A stretch of 64,000 nt of DNA, taken from the NCBI GenBank assembly GCA_016933615.1, contig JAFGAO010000027.1:493-64492 (forward strand), in the 5' to 3' direction. Below are positions 56,229 to 64,000 of this stretch, piece after piece. The notes under the pieces were generated by a model, which had not been told where the DNA came from, ran no database searches, and saw nothing but the letters and a program-made list of their open reading frames with translations. Made by a program: the position numbers and the translations under genes. Each line of letters begins with the position of its first letter. The first letter of the stretch is position 1. This stretch comes from Acidobacteriota bacterium. Its GTDB lineage: Bacteria; Acidobacteriota; UBA6911.

Positions 56229-57011
56229 ATGCTTCATGAGCTCTCCCATACCGGCCTGGTCAAAGAAAAATACAGCCGCACGCTTATCGTATCCGTAGCC
56301 ATCCATGCCGCGGTATTTCTTTTTGCGATTTTCGGCCAGCACCTCTTTCCGCGAAAAGTAATTCAGATCGGCACCGGTATCGGAGGAGGCACCGGTGGAA
56401 ACATTTCCACGGTCGGCGTCGTCGACGAGCTTTCAGGCGGCGCGGGAATGGTAAAGCCTTTTCTGGTGCCCAAACCGCCGGCACTCGAAGAAAAGCCTCC
56501 GGAGAGCAAATCCAAAGCCATCCCGCTTCCCGATACGGTGGAGCGCAGGATAAAACCGCAGCCTCAAACCGCAAAATCTTCCAAGACCGGGCCTGCCACA
56601 AACATAATTCCGACGCCGGCGGAAAAAGGGAGCGGCGGCAGCGGCGGATACAGCGGCGGCAGCGGCGGCGGAGTGGGGGGGGGGATCGGCGTATCCATCG
56701 GCGCCGGTTCCGGCGGTCTTGGCGATCACTATTATGCAAGGGCCGTGGAAAAGCGGATAAGCGACAACTGGGTTCACCCACCCGAAGGCATTCGAGTGGA
56801 TATAGTTTTCCGCTTTTATATCGACGATTTCGGAAATATTCGCGGTGTTCAGAAAGTCAAGTCTTCAGGGAATTCCCTTCTGGACAGCCAGGCCGAACGC
56901 GCCATACTGTCGATTAAAGATCTTACGCCGCCTCCGGCGGAATTCAGGGGCCGTCTGATCCAGTTCAGCGCCCATTTTGTCTATCCGCCAGATCAACAGC
57001 AATCCGAATAG
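56229..57011 (+). CDS. TolA-position protein with a TonB-type C-terminal domain
   Basis: Has an N-terminal TM anchor, a Pro/Lys-rich and Gly/Ser-rich linker, and a TonB_C-like C-terminus (YYARAVEKRISDNW..P....). It occupies the TolA slot between tolR and tolB. Confidence 0.65.
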   Translation: MLHELSHTGLVKEKYSRTLIVSVAIHAAVFLFAIFGQHLFPRKVIQIGTGIGGGTGGNISTVGVVDELSGGAGMVKPFLVPKPPALEEKPPESKSKAIPLPDTVERRIKPQPQTAKSSKTGPATNIIPTPAEKGSGGSGGYSGGSGGGVGGGIGVSIGAGSGGLGDHYYARAVEKRISDNWVHPPEGIRVDIVFRFYIDDFGNIRGVQKVKSSGNSLLDSQAERAILSIKDLTPPPAEFRGRLIQFSAHFVYPPDQQQSE

Positions 57012-57020
57012 AGGAGACTA

Positions 57021-58361
57021 ATGGACTGTAAGAAATTGCTTTCACTTGCATGCGCACTCTGTTTCATCGCGCCGGTTCTTCGCGCCCAGGACAACGATAT
57101 TGTTCTCCGCCCCACGCCCGGGGAGGAGATTATCCTGGCCGTTACCGATATCAAGCCGGCATCGGAAGACTATCCGGCCGAGCTCGAAGACGCGATCGAG
57201 ACCTTCAACCGCGTTCTCTGGGACGACCTGTCTTTTTCGGGATTTTTCAGGCTCGCGGGTAAAAGCTTCTACCCCCCCCAGACCGGGGCCATACAGTCCG
57301 AAGTGGACATACCGTACGATGCATGGGGCGCCCTTCCCTTCCGCGTCAGTTTCCTGGCTTCGGGAACGCTCTCCCTTTCGGACGGCATCCTGCGTGCGGA
57401 CCTGCACATCTTCGACATGAAGCAGCGCAGGCGAAGCTTCGGACTGAATATTCCGGGAGTTACGGAACAGATCCGCGCCATCGCTCACCAGTGGGCGGAT
57501 GAAATCGTTTACAGGCTGACCGCCGGAGCCTCCCGGGGCATCGCTTCAACGAAAATAGCCTATACACTGAAAGCGGGGGACGCCGAGGAAATTTTCGTCA
57601 TGGACTACGACGGGCACAACGCGCAGGCTTTTACCCAGAACGGCTCCACCAATCTTTTTCCCAACTGGTCGCAGGACAATTCAAAACTGGCGTTTTTAAG
57701 CATGCGCACGGGAAGATGGGAGATCAACATCTATTCCTATCTGGACGGGATGCGCCTGCCGTTTCCGATCTTCAACACCTTCGTCAATACGCCCGCGATT
57801 TCACCGGACGGCGACCGGGTTGTTTTTGCCAAGCGGACGCCGCAGGGCGATACCGATCTCTACATTTCCAAGCTGGACGGTTCGCAACAGCGCAACGTTA
57901 CCAACAATCCCGCGATCGATTCGTCCCCGACATGGTCCCCTTCGGGAAGGCAGATTGCCTTTGCCTCCAACAGGGGAGGAAGCGCCAGCCAGATTTACAT
58001 CTGCGATGAGGACGGAGCCAACGTGCGCAGACTCGTCAAGGAGGGGGGCGACGCCGATTCCCCAGCCTGGTCCCCGGACGGCCGCTGGCTCGCGTTTCAC
58101 TGGAAGCCGCGCCTGCGCACCTATTACGACCTGTTTCTTGCCGAAGTCAGCAGCGGGAGGATTCTCCAGTTGACGACAGAAAGCGGCAGCAACGAAATTC
58201 CTTCCTGGGCCCCCGACGGGAGGCACCTGGTTTTCCAATCGAACCGTACCGGGACCAACCAGATCTACATCATGCTGCTGGACGAGCAGGCCGCAACCCG
58301 CAGGATTACCCGAAGCGGGGAAAACAGAGGCCCCGCATGGGGCGGTTATTTCCGCAAGTAA
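57021..58361 (+). CDS. tolB: Tol-Pal system beta-propeller protein TolB
   Basis: Signal peptide, TolB N-terminal domain, then repeated P.WSPDG..LAF / D.Y propeller blades. A GAGGAG RBS precedes the start. Confidence 0.9.
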   Translation: MDCKKLLSLACALCFIAPVLRAQDNDIVLRPTPGEEIILAVTDIKPASEDYPAELEDAIETFNRVLWDDLSFSGFFRLAGKSFYPPQTGAIQSEVDIPYDAWGALPFRVSFLASGTLSLSDGILRADLHIFDMKQRRRSFGLNIPGVTEQIRAIAHQWADEIVYRLTAGASRGIASTKIAYTLKAGDAEEIFVMDYDGHNAQAFTQNGSTNLFPNWSQDNSKLAFLSMRTGRWEINIYSYLDGMRLPFPIFNTFVNTPAISPDGDRVVFAKRTPQGDTDLYISKLDGSQQRNVTNNPAIDSSPTWSPSGRQIAFASNRGGSASQIYICDEDGANVRRLVKEGGDADSPAWSPDGRWLAFHWKPRLRTYYDLFLAEVSSGRILQLTTESGSNEIPSWAPDGRHLVFQSNRTGTNQIYIMLLDEQAATRRITRSGENRGPAWGGYFRK

Positions 58362-58493
58362 TATGAAATCTTCATTTTTTTTCTAGTTTTGTTCCGACGG
58401 TTTCCAGCACGTGATATACTTTAGGCGATTCGGTAGTAATACTAGCATTGAAATTTCGGATTGAATCTGAGCACAAGAGAAGGAGATGCCGCA

Positions 58494-59255
58494 ATGCGAA
58501 GATCGACAACCACGCTTGTTTCCTTAGCGTTTATCATAGCAGCCCTGCTGATATCGGGTATCGGATGTGCCAAGAAAGTGGCGCCGCCCCCACCGCCGCC
58601 CAAGGAAGAACCGCCGCCGCCGCCGCCGCCGAAGCCCGAGATCCCGGCCCCGACGATTTCTTTGAGTGTTTCCCCAGCCGCTATTGAAAAAGGAAGTTCG
58701 ACAACTCTTTCCTGGAACTCCTCCAACGCAACCAGCGTTGTGATCGACAACGGCGTTGGAACCGTGGAGCCTTCCGGGCGGCGGACCGTTCGTCCCTCGG
58801 CGTCCACAACATACGCTGCAAAGGCAACAGGTCCGGGCGGAACAGCCAATGCGGAAGCGCGTGTGACGGTGACCGAACCGCCTCCGCCCCCGCCAAAGCC
58901 GGTCAGCGACTCCGAATTTTTCAAGGCCAACATCCGGGATGCCTTTTTCGATTTCGACAAATACGATATCCGGGACGACGCACGTGCCGCATTGACATCG
59001 AATATCCGGGCTCTCAAGGAACGGCCTTCCATCCGTATTACGATCGAGGGACACTGCGACGAAAGAGGCTCCTCGAAATACAACCTCGCCCTGGGGGACC
59101 GTCGCGCCAACGCGGCGAAGGAGTTTTTGGTCAACCAGGGAATCGAAGCCGGCCGGATCGATACGGTCAGCTACGGCGAGGAACGCCAGTTCTGCACGGA
59201 AAAGAGCGAGGAATGCTATCAACAGAACCGGCGCGCCCATTTCCTAATGCGCTGA
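58494..59255 (+). CDS. pal: peptidoglycan-associated lipoprotein Pal (OmpA family) with an inserted Ig-like module
   Basis: Has a lipobox (LLISGIGC), poly-Pro linkers, a ~70-aa beta-rich module, and an OmpA_C domain (FDFDKYDIR, IEGHCDERGS..YNLALG.RRA). ATG 58494 follows AAGGAGA. Confidence 0.88.
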   Translation: MRRSTTTLVSLAFIIAALLISGIGCAKKVAPPPPPPKEEPPPPPPPKPEIPAPTISLSVSPAAIEKGSSTTLSWNSSNATSVVIDNGVGTVEPSGRRTVRPSASTTYAAKATGPGGTANAEARVTVTEPPPPPPKPVSDSEFFKANIRDAFFDFDKYDIRDDARAALTSNIRALKERPSIRITIEGHCDERGSSKYNLALGDRRANAAKEFLVNQGIEAGRIDTVSYGEERQFCTEKSEECYQQNRRAHFLMR

Positions 59256-59372
59256 ATCGGCGCCGGTAAGCCGTTCTCCGGGGGAATGGATACCAACGTT
59301 CGAATGCCCGGTTGCACCGGAAGCCTATTTTCCGGCATTTCCGCGGAGTGGATACCGGCAAACTCAATTACA

Positions 59373-59408
59373 GGCGCGGGAAAGGATCTGGAGATCCTTT
59401 CCCGCGCC
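59373..59408. repeat. 36-nt near-perfect palindrome in the pal-ybgF spacer
   Basis: GGCGCGGGAAAGGATCT (59373-59389) and AGATCCTTTCCCGCGCC (59392-59408) are exact reverse complements separated by GG. No U-tract follows. Confidence 0.6.
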
Positions 59409-59614
59409 CGCCGATTAAACCGGCCGTATCGCGACCCGGCAAGGGGAATCCATACGGATTTCCCGCTCCGTTTCCCTGCCCCGATGAAAAAAGCACCGGC
59501 AGCCCCCTTGCGCAAGCATGCAGATCCTGACAGCCCCCGTCCGTTTCTTTCGTTGCTGCCCCTTGCAGGCTGTGAAATAATACGGATCGAACCAGATAAC
59601 GGGAGAGACTGTAT

Positions 59615-60421
59615 ATGAAGAAATCCATCGTCATTCATCTCTTTCTCATTTTGTTCGTTTTCGCCGCCTCCCTGCAGGCCGGCACCAAGGAAGAACTGGA
59701 GCGCCTTCAGTATGACGTGAATGCGCTGAGAGATCAGCTGCGGGAATATGAAAAGACGCTGCACGAAAACAACACGGGGATTTCCGGCCTCAAAAGCCTG
59801 ATCGAACAGCTGAATGATCAGGCGGCGAAATCCAACGCACTCCTTGAAAACGTCCTGGCCGCCCTCGAAGGGCAGACTTCCCGAGACCGGTCCGAGAAGG
59901 AAGAAATACTTCCGGAAATACAGGAACTGTCGAACAAGATCGACGATATGGCCATGAGCATCTCCGCTCTGGCACGGCAGGTATCCGACCTTAAGGTTCA
60001 GTACGCATCGATTCATACGGCCGTTTCCCCGGACCTGTCCTCCGCGGACACACTGTTTAACCAGGCATATTACGACCTGCTGGAGGAGAATTACGATCTG
60101 GCCATAAGCGGTTTCAACGCGTACCTGTCCCAGTTCCCTGCCGGGGATAAGGCCACGGCTGCGCGTTACAATATAGGAGAAGCCTATTATTACATGAACC
60201 GGTTTCAACCGGCCATTGAGGCGTACACCCAGGTTCTTGATGAAAATCCCGATTCCGATAAAATCGCCAGCGCGATTTACAAGCGGGGGAAATCCTTCCT
60301 GGGGAACAAGGATTCGGGGAAAGCCGTCGAGGACTTTAAAGCCGTGATCAAAAGTTTTCCGGATTCCCCGGAAGCGGCATTGGCAAAGGCCGAACTTGCA
60401 GATCTCGGCGTGGCCCGTTAG
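59615..60421 (+). CDS. ybgF: Tol-Pal system protein YbgF/CpoB
   Basis: Signal peptide, an N-terminal coiled coil ([15 protein letters not shown]) and a C-terminal TPR region ([26 protein letters not shown]....A..A.Y..GEAYY). It is the last gene of the tol cluster. Confidence 0.82.
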   Translation: MKKSIVIHLFLILFVFAASLQAGTKEELERLQYDVNALRDQLREYEKTLHENNTGISGLKSLIEQLNDQAAKSNALLENVLAALEGQTSRDRSEKEEILPEIQELSNKIDDMAMSISALARQVSDLKVQYASIHTAVSPDLSSADTLFNQAYYDLLEENYDLAISGFNAYLSQFPAGDKATAARYNIGEAYYYMNRFQPAIEAYTQVLDENPDSDKIASAIYKRGKSFLGNKDSGKAVEDFKAVIKSFPDSPEAALAKAELADLGVAR

Positions 60422-60458
60422 CGTGTGGTTCGAGAACATTCAACAGGGGATACCATCC

Positions 60459-60902
60459 ATGAGTTCACTGAACAAAGTAATGCTTATAGGAAACCTCGGC
60501 CGGGATCCTGAGATCCGGTACACGGCCGAAGGAACTCCCGTCGCTAATTTTAGCCTGGCCACCAGCGAGAACTGGACGGACAAGAGCGGCAATCGCCAGG
60601 AACACACGGAATGGCACACGATCGTTGCATGGAAGCATCTGGCCGACATCTGCAAGAAATACCTATCAAAGGGTCGTCAGGTCTACATCGAAGGACGGCT
60701 GCAGACCCGCGAATGGAACGATCGCGAGGGGAATAAGCGCCGAACAACGGAAATCGTAGCCACGCAGCTGGTTTTACTCGGATCCCGAACTCAAGGCGCC
60801 GATTCAGGTGCTCAGCCCGTGGATACCGCTTCCCGGATCGATCAGCGGCAGGAAGACTCGTTCGACGACATAGGGATTACCGACAGCGACATACCGTTTT
60901 AG
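60459..60902 (+). CDS. ssb: single-stranded DNA-binding protein
   Basis: Contains [28 protein letters not shown], an OB fold, a Gly/Gln-rich linker and the acidic tail DSDIPF. Confidence 0.93.
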   Translation: MSSLNKVMLIGNLGRDPEIRYTAEGTPVANFSLATSENWTDKSGNRQEHTEWHTIVAWKHLADICKKYLSKGRQVYIEGRLQTREWNDREGNKRRTTEIVATQLVLLGSRTQGADSGAQPVDTASRIDQRQEDSFDDIGITDSDIPF

Positions 60903-60994
60903 TCCTGACCTGGCCCCCCCTTTATTTTCATCCCATCGGGAAATCCGGGCTTTCCGGGAAACCGCCGCGCTTCGCGCAAGAAGCGATACTTGAA

Positions 60995-62047
60995 ATGAAA
61001 AATGATCCAGACAAACGCAGGCTTACGGAGGCAAGCAGCGCCGCAGGCTGAGCGAGCAAGATGAGTCCGGCGGTGTTGGACAGGATTTTATCCAAATTGC
61101 CCCGACAGGAGGACGACCGTCTCCTTGTGGGTTTTGCCAACAAAGACGACGCGGCGGTTTTTCTTGTCGCTGAAAATCTTGCCTTGGTGCAGAGTGCCGA
61201 CTTTTTCACCCCGATCGTCGACGATCCGTTCTTCTACGGGCAGATTGCGGCCGCAAACGCTCTCTCGGATATTTACGCCATGGGCGGGCAACCCGTGACG
61301 GCTCTCAGCCTGGTCTGCTTTCCGGAAAACGGGGACCATAACGTCCTGGAGCAGATCCTCGCCGGAGGAATGGAAAAAATGATGGAAGCGAACTGCATTG
61401 TCGTCGGAGGACACACGGTTCGCGATTCCGAAATCAAATTCGGATACGCGGTCACCGGAACCGTCGATCCGGCCGAGGTTTGGAGTAATGACGGTGCGCG
61501 TCCCGGGGACAGGCTCCTTCTGACCAAACCCATCGGTACCGGAGTCATCGCCACTGCGGTCCGTTCCGGTAAAGCGACTCGGGAATGGATCGAGTCCGCG
61601 ACCCAAACCATGTGCCTACTGAACCGCGACGCCGCTTCTGCATTGAAGGCACTCCTCGGCTCCATTCATTCCGCCACGGACATCACCGGTTTCGGCTTTC
61701 TGGGGCATGCCTGGGAGATGGCCGCAGCCAGCCGGGTCAGCCTGCGTTTCGACCACCGCAAGTTCGATTTCCTGGACGGAGCCGTCGAATGCGCCAGAGG
61801 CGGGCATCTCGCGGGAGGACTGCAGAAAAACCGTGAATTTATCGCAGATTGCCTGGTTTGCGCTCCATATGTTCCGGAGGAAATCCAGCAGCTGCTTTTC
61901 GATCCTCAGACTTCCGGCGGCCTGCTGGTTGCGGTCGACCCGAAAGACGCCGATGCGGCATGCAAGCTTCTGGAGGAAAGAGGGTGCCGCTGCATGCGGG
62001 TAGGCGAAGTTGTCGGAAAAACCACTCCCCTGCTGGAGGTGTTTTAA
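60995..62047 (+). CDS. selD: selenide, water dikinase SelD, selenocysteine-containing (in-frame TGA at 61049-61051)
   Basis: The ORF track starts at ATG 61061. The same frame upstream reads MKNDPDKRRLTEASSAAG-TGA-ASKMSPAVLDRIL, which matches E. coli SelD [24 protein letters not shown] with the TGA at Cys17 and Lys20 conserved. The rest is collinear with SelD (DDAAV, DFFTPIVDDP, GGHT, TDITGFG, DPQTSGGLL). Confidence 0.85.
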
Positions 62048-62129
62048 AAGCCATTTCCCGGTTCCTGCCCGTTTGGAAGAGGCGGCCGTTGCGGAGAGCG
62101 CATCCCGCGGCGTGCTTTTACCGCGAACC

Positions 62130-62882
62130 CTAAACGCCGAAATTCCGGATCTCGGTATCAAAACGGACCTTGGCGTTTTTTATTTCCTTGCGGAAGTCTT
62201 TCCCTTCGATCTCAATATCCCTGCACATTTCGTGCAATCGGGATCTCAGGCGTACTCCGATGCGGTCCGTCAGCGTTTCCTCGCCGCGATTCCCCGCAGA
62301 ATCCAGGAAATTGGACGTGAATAGGGTCAGCTTCTTGTCGTTGTAGCGGCAGTTTATGATATGGGCGATCGTGTCACGCACCCAGTCTGTCGGCTTGTTC
62401 GCCCCCAGTTCATCCAGTACCAGAACTTTAGCGTCCAGTACCGGCCGCAGAACCTCCAGTTCGGAAGTGCGGGCGACTGAATTCCAGCTTGCCTGAATTT
62501 CCCGTAAAAGATCCCGGAAATCGTAGAACAGGCAGCTGTCTCCCCTGTCCGTGATAATTCTTTTCAAAAGGGCTACCGCGAGATGCGTCTTCCCCACGCC
62601 GCAGGGGCCGAGAAAAAGCAAACCGATGTCAATGAACGGATATTTATCCAGGAAACGCTCGGCGAATTTCTTCGCGGTCTTTTGGGTTGCATGCAGGGGC
62701 TGATAAGATTCCAGGTCACAGTGTTCGTAGCGTTTGGGTATCCTCGCCTCCGCAAGCATTCGGTCCGTCTTTGAGGATTCCATGCAGCGGCATCTACGGA
62801 CTCCTTTCCCCGAACCGACGGGTTCCCACCCGGAGCCGTTGCATCTCGGACACACAGTATGAGTTGGGGATTTATCTTTCAT
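62130..62882 (-). CDS. DnaC/IstB-family AAA+ ATPase with an N-terminal CxxC zinc-ribbon
   Basis: Contains CPRCNGSGW...RRCRC, Walker [14 protein letters not shown] and Walker B VLVLDELG. No IstA-type transposase is adjacent, so I read it as a helicase-loader-like protein rather than an IS21 component. Confidence 0.7.
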   Translation of the reverse strand: MKDKSPTHTVCPRCNGSGWEPVGSGKGVRRCRCMESSKTDRMLAEARIPKRYEHCDLESYQPLHATQKTAKKFAERFLDKYPFIDIGLLFLGPCGVGKTHLAVALLKRIITDRGDSCLFYDFRDLLREIQASWNSVARTSELEVLRPVLDAKVLVLDELGANKPTDWVRDTIAHIINCRYNDKKLTLFTSNFLDSAGNRGEETLTDRIGVRLRSRLHEMCRDIEIEGKDFRKEIKNAKVRFDTEIRNFGV

Positions 62883-62972
62883 TGCGTTGCCAGAAAACAC
62901 AGCGTTTCAAGAAAGAAGAATAGCATAAACGCCCCGGAATCGGGCCTTGCGTCCACATCCGGCTCCCGGCAA

Positions 62973-64000
62973 TCAACCCTTGGGTTTCTTGGGACCTTCA
63001 ATCGGTATGGATAGCATCTGCAACGTTTTTAATTCGGTAAACATTTTCTGGACGTTGGCCCGGAAAAAATTCATGAAACGATATCCGGAATACTTCGCCG
63101 GCATTCGAATTTCCTTTAACGCCCTATCCAGGCCTTCGCCGCGCGAAACATACGGCTCCACCAGCGACCGGAGATCTTCGAAATAGGTGATGAAATTCTC
63201 TACATCCCGGCGGTTGCCCACGATCCCGTGGCCGGGAACAAAACGGTCCGCTTCCAGTTGAAGGAGTTTTTCGAGTGTCTCCATCCACTTCAATATATCC
63301 GCGTCCTGAATGTTGGGGAGGGCATTTTTGAAAAAAAGATCGCCGCAGAAAACAATCCTTTCCGAGGGGATATACAGTACTGTGCCGGTGTCGGTTTCTC
63401 CGGGTCCGAGGAACCGGATCCTGACGTCCAGTGTTCCGTCCTGAATGGACATGTAGTCCTCCAGGACCACCAGTGGAGGAACTATTTTAAGGTTTAACAA
63501 TGTGGACAAGTAATCCTGCTGCGACCGGATCTCGAGCTTCAGGGTGTCGAGCCTGTCGGGATCGGTCTCCTTCAGAGCGGTATTTCGCATCCGGTCCATT
63601 TGGGTCTGGGCGATCTGGATTGTCCGGTCGAGAGACGGCAGGTCTTTCTCAAGAATATTCTCCCGGGTTCCCCTGTTTGCGATTACATGGGCATCCGGGA
63701 ACACTTGGTTTCCGTGCGTGTGGTCGGGATGATGATGACTGTTGACCACGTATCGAACCGGCTTGAAGGTGACCGTCCGGATATCCTCGAGAAGCTGCCG
63801 GCCGGCTTCCGGTGTGAAGTGGGTGTCGAAAACCAGAACGCCTCTTTGCAGGATTATAAAGCCGGAATTTCCCACCGCGTTCCCGTCAGGGTTGACGATT
63901 CTCGCATAGATATCCTCGGTGAGCCTGATAAGCTGGGCGTTTTCATCCGCGGCCGAAAGACCGGCGTTGCAACCGAGCAATGCCGCGTACAGGAATACGG
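62973..64000 (-). CDS. MBL-fold metallo-hydrolase lipoprotein (5' end runs off the window)
   Basis: Contains the HxHxDH motif (VVNSHHHPDHTHGN). The reading frame stays open upstream of the ORF-track TTG and reads ..VFLYAALLGCNAG, which looks like a signal peptide with a lipobox. The true start is therefore beyond 64000. Confidence 0.8.
   Translation of the reverse strand, partial: VFLYAALLGCNAGLSAADENAQLIRLTEDIYARIVNPDGNAVGNSGFIILQRGVLVFDTHFTPEAGRQLLEDIRTVTFKPVRYVVNSHHHPDHTHGNQVFPDAHVIANRGTRENILEKDLPSLDRTIQIAQTQMDRMRNTALKETDPDRLDTLKLEIRSQQDYLSTLLNLKIVPPLVVLEDYMSIQDGTLDVRIRFLGPGETDTGTVLYIPSERIVFCGDLFFKNALPNIQDADILKWMETLEKLLQLEADRFVPGHGIVGNRRDVENFITYFEDLRSLVEPYVSRGEGLDRALKEIRMPAKYSGYRFMNFFRANVQKMFTELKTLQMLSIPIEGPKKPKG

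Noticed and set aside
56560-56720. Short tandem GGC/AGC (Gly/Ser) repeats here, and CCG (Pro) repeats at 58590-58630, as possible CRISPR-like or satellite repeats.
   Set aside because: They are in-frame coding low-complexity linkers of the TolA-like protein and Pal. There is no spacer-repeat organisation.
58365-58390. ATGAA-ATC-TTCAT hairpin followed by T8 after tolB, as an intrinsic terminator.
   Set aside because: The 5-bp all-AT stem is too weak to call, and pal immediately downstream is expected to be co-transcribed. I noted it only.
60928-61209. 93-aa minus-strand ORF covering the region upstream of the ORF-track selD start.
   Set aside because: The plus strand here encodes the conserved SelD N-terminus with a Sec codon. 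The minus-strand product has no features and overlaps that conserved coding sequence.
62130-62900. IstB-like ATPase as part of an IS21-family mobile element.
   Set aside because: There is no IstA transposase, no terminal inverted repeats and no target duplication nearby. The N-terminal zinc ribbon and housekeeping neighbours fit a DnaC/DnaI-like loader or a stand-alone AAA+ protein better.

Overview
This window looks like ordinary chromosomal core genome from a moderately GC-rich diderm bacterium, since LptE, an LptF/G fusion, LpxD and a full Tol-Pal cluster are present. The phylum cannot be determined from sequence alone. I call about 60 protein genes and one tRNA-Leu(CAG). I found no rRNA, CRISPR array, transposase, prophage or recognisable multi-gene defence island.

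Gene content in order:
- alpha/beta hydrolase, tsaC/sua5, serA, a TIR-like protein, a glycine-zipper lipoprotein, and bshA
- an actinobacterial-type fused E1o-E2o 2-oxoglutarate dehydrogenase (Kgd/OdhA-like)
- a pentapeptide / TerB-like / HEAT trio, then erpA and folB
- a stray set of complex I Q-module paralogs (nuoB, nuoD, nuoI), interrupted by map and a Fur-family regulator fused to a ferritin-like domain
- xdhC, then lpd-lipB-E2 and a redoxin
- a compact nuoABCDHIJKN operon that lacks nuoEFG and nuoLM
- tRNA-Leu, an M50 protease, HU/IHF, dcd, lptE, holA, rpsT, phoH, ddl, psd-pssA, recO, ino1, ppdK, lpxD, xerD and an lptF-lptG fusion
- a bifunctional nuclease, miaB, recN, tolQ-tolR-(tolA-like)-tolB-pal-ybgF, ssb, selD, a DnaC/IstB-like ATPase, and an MBL-fold lipoprotein that runs off the window end

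Things most worth a second look:
1. selD is a selenoprotein. An in-frame TGA sits at the catalytic Cys position and a candidate SECIS hairpin follows it; the ORF track truncates the gene.
2. The orphan nuoB/nuoD/nuoI paralogs are wrapped around the Fur-ferritin-like fusion.
3. The nuo operon has no nuoEFG and no nuoL/M.
4. An orphan TIR-like protein carries an unknown C-terminal domain.
5. A perfect 53-bp direct repeat (88-bp period) duplicates the lptE-end/holA-start junction.
6. Two extreme AT islands share a palindromic 10-mer.

None of these is proven to be a new system. All product calls rest on motif recognition by eye, not on database searches.
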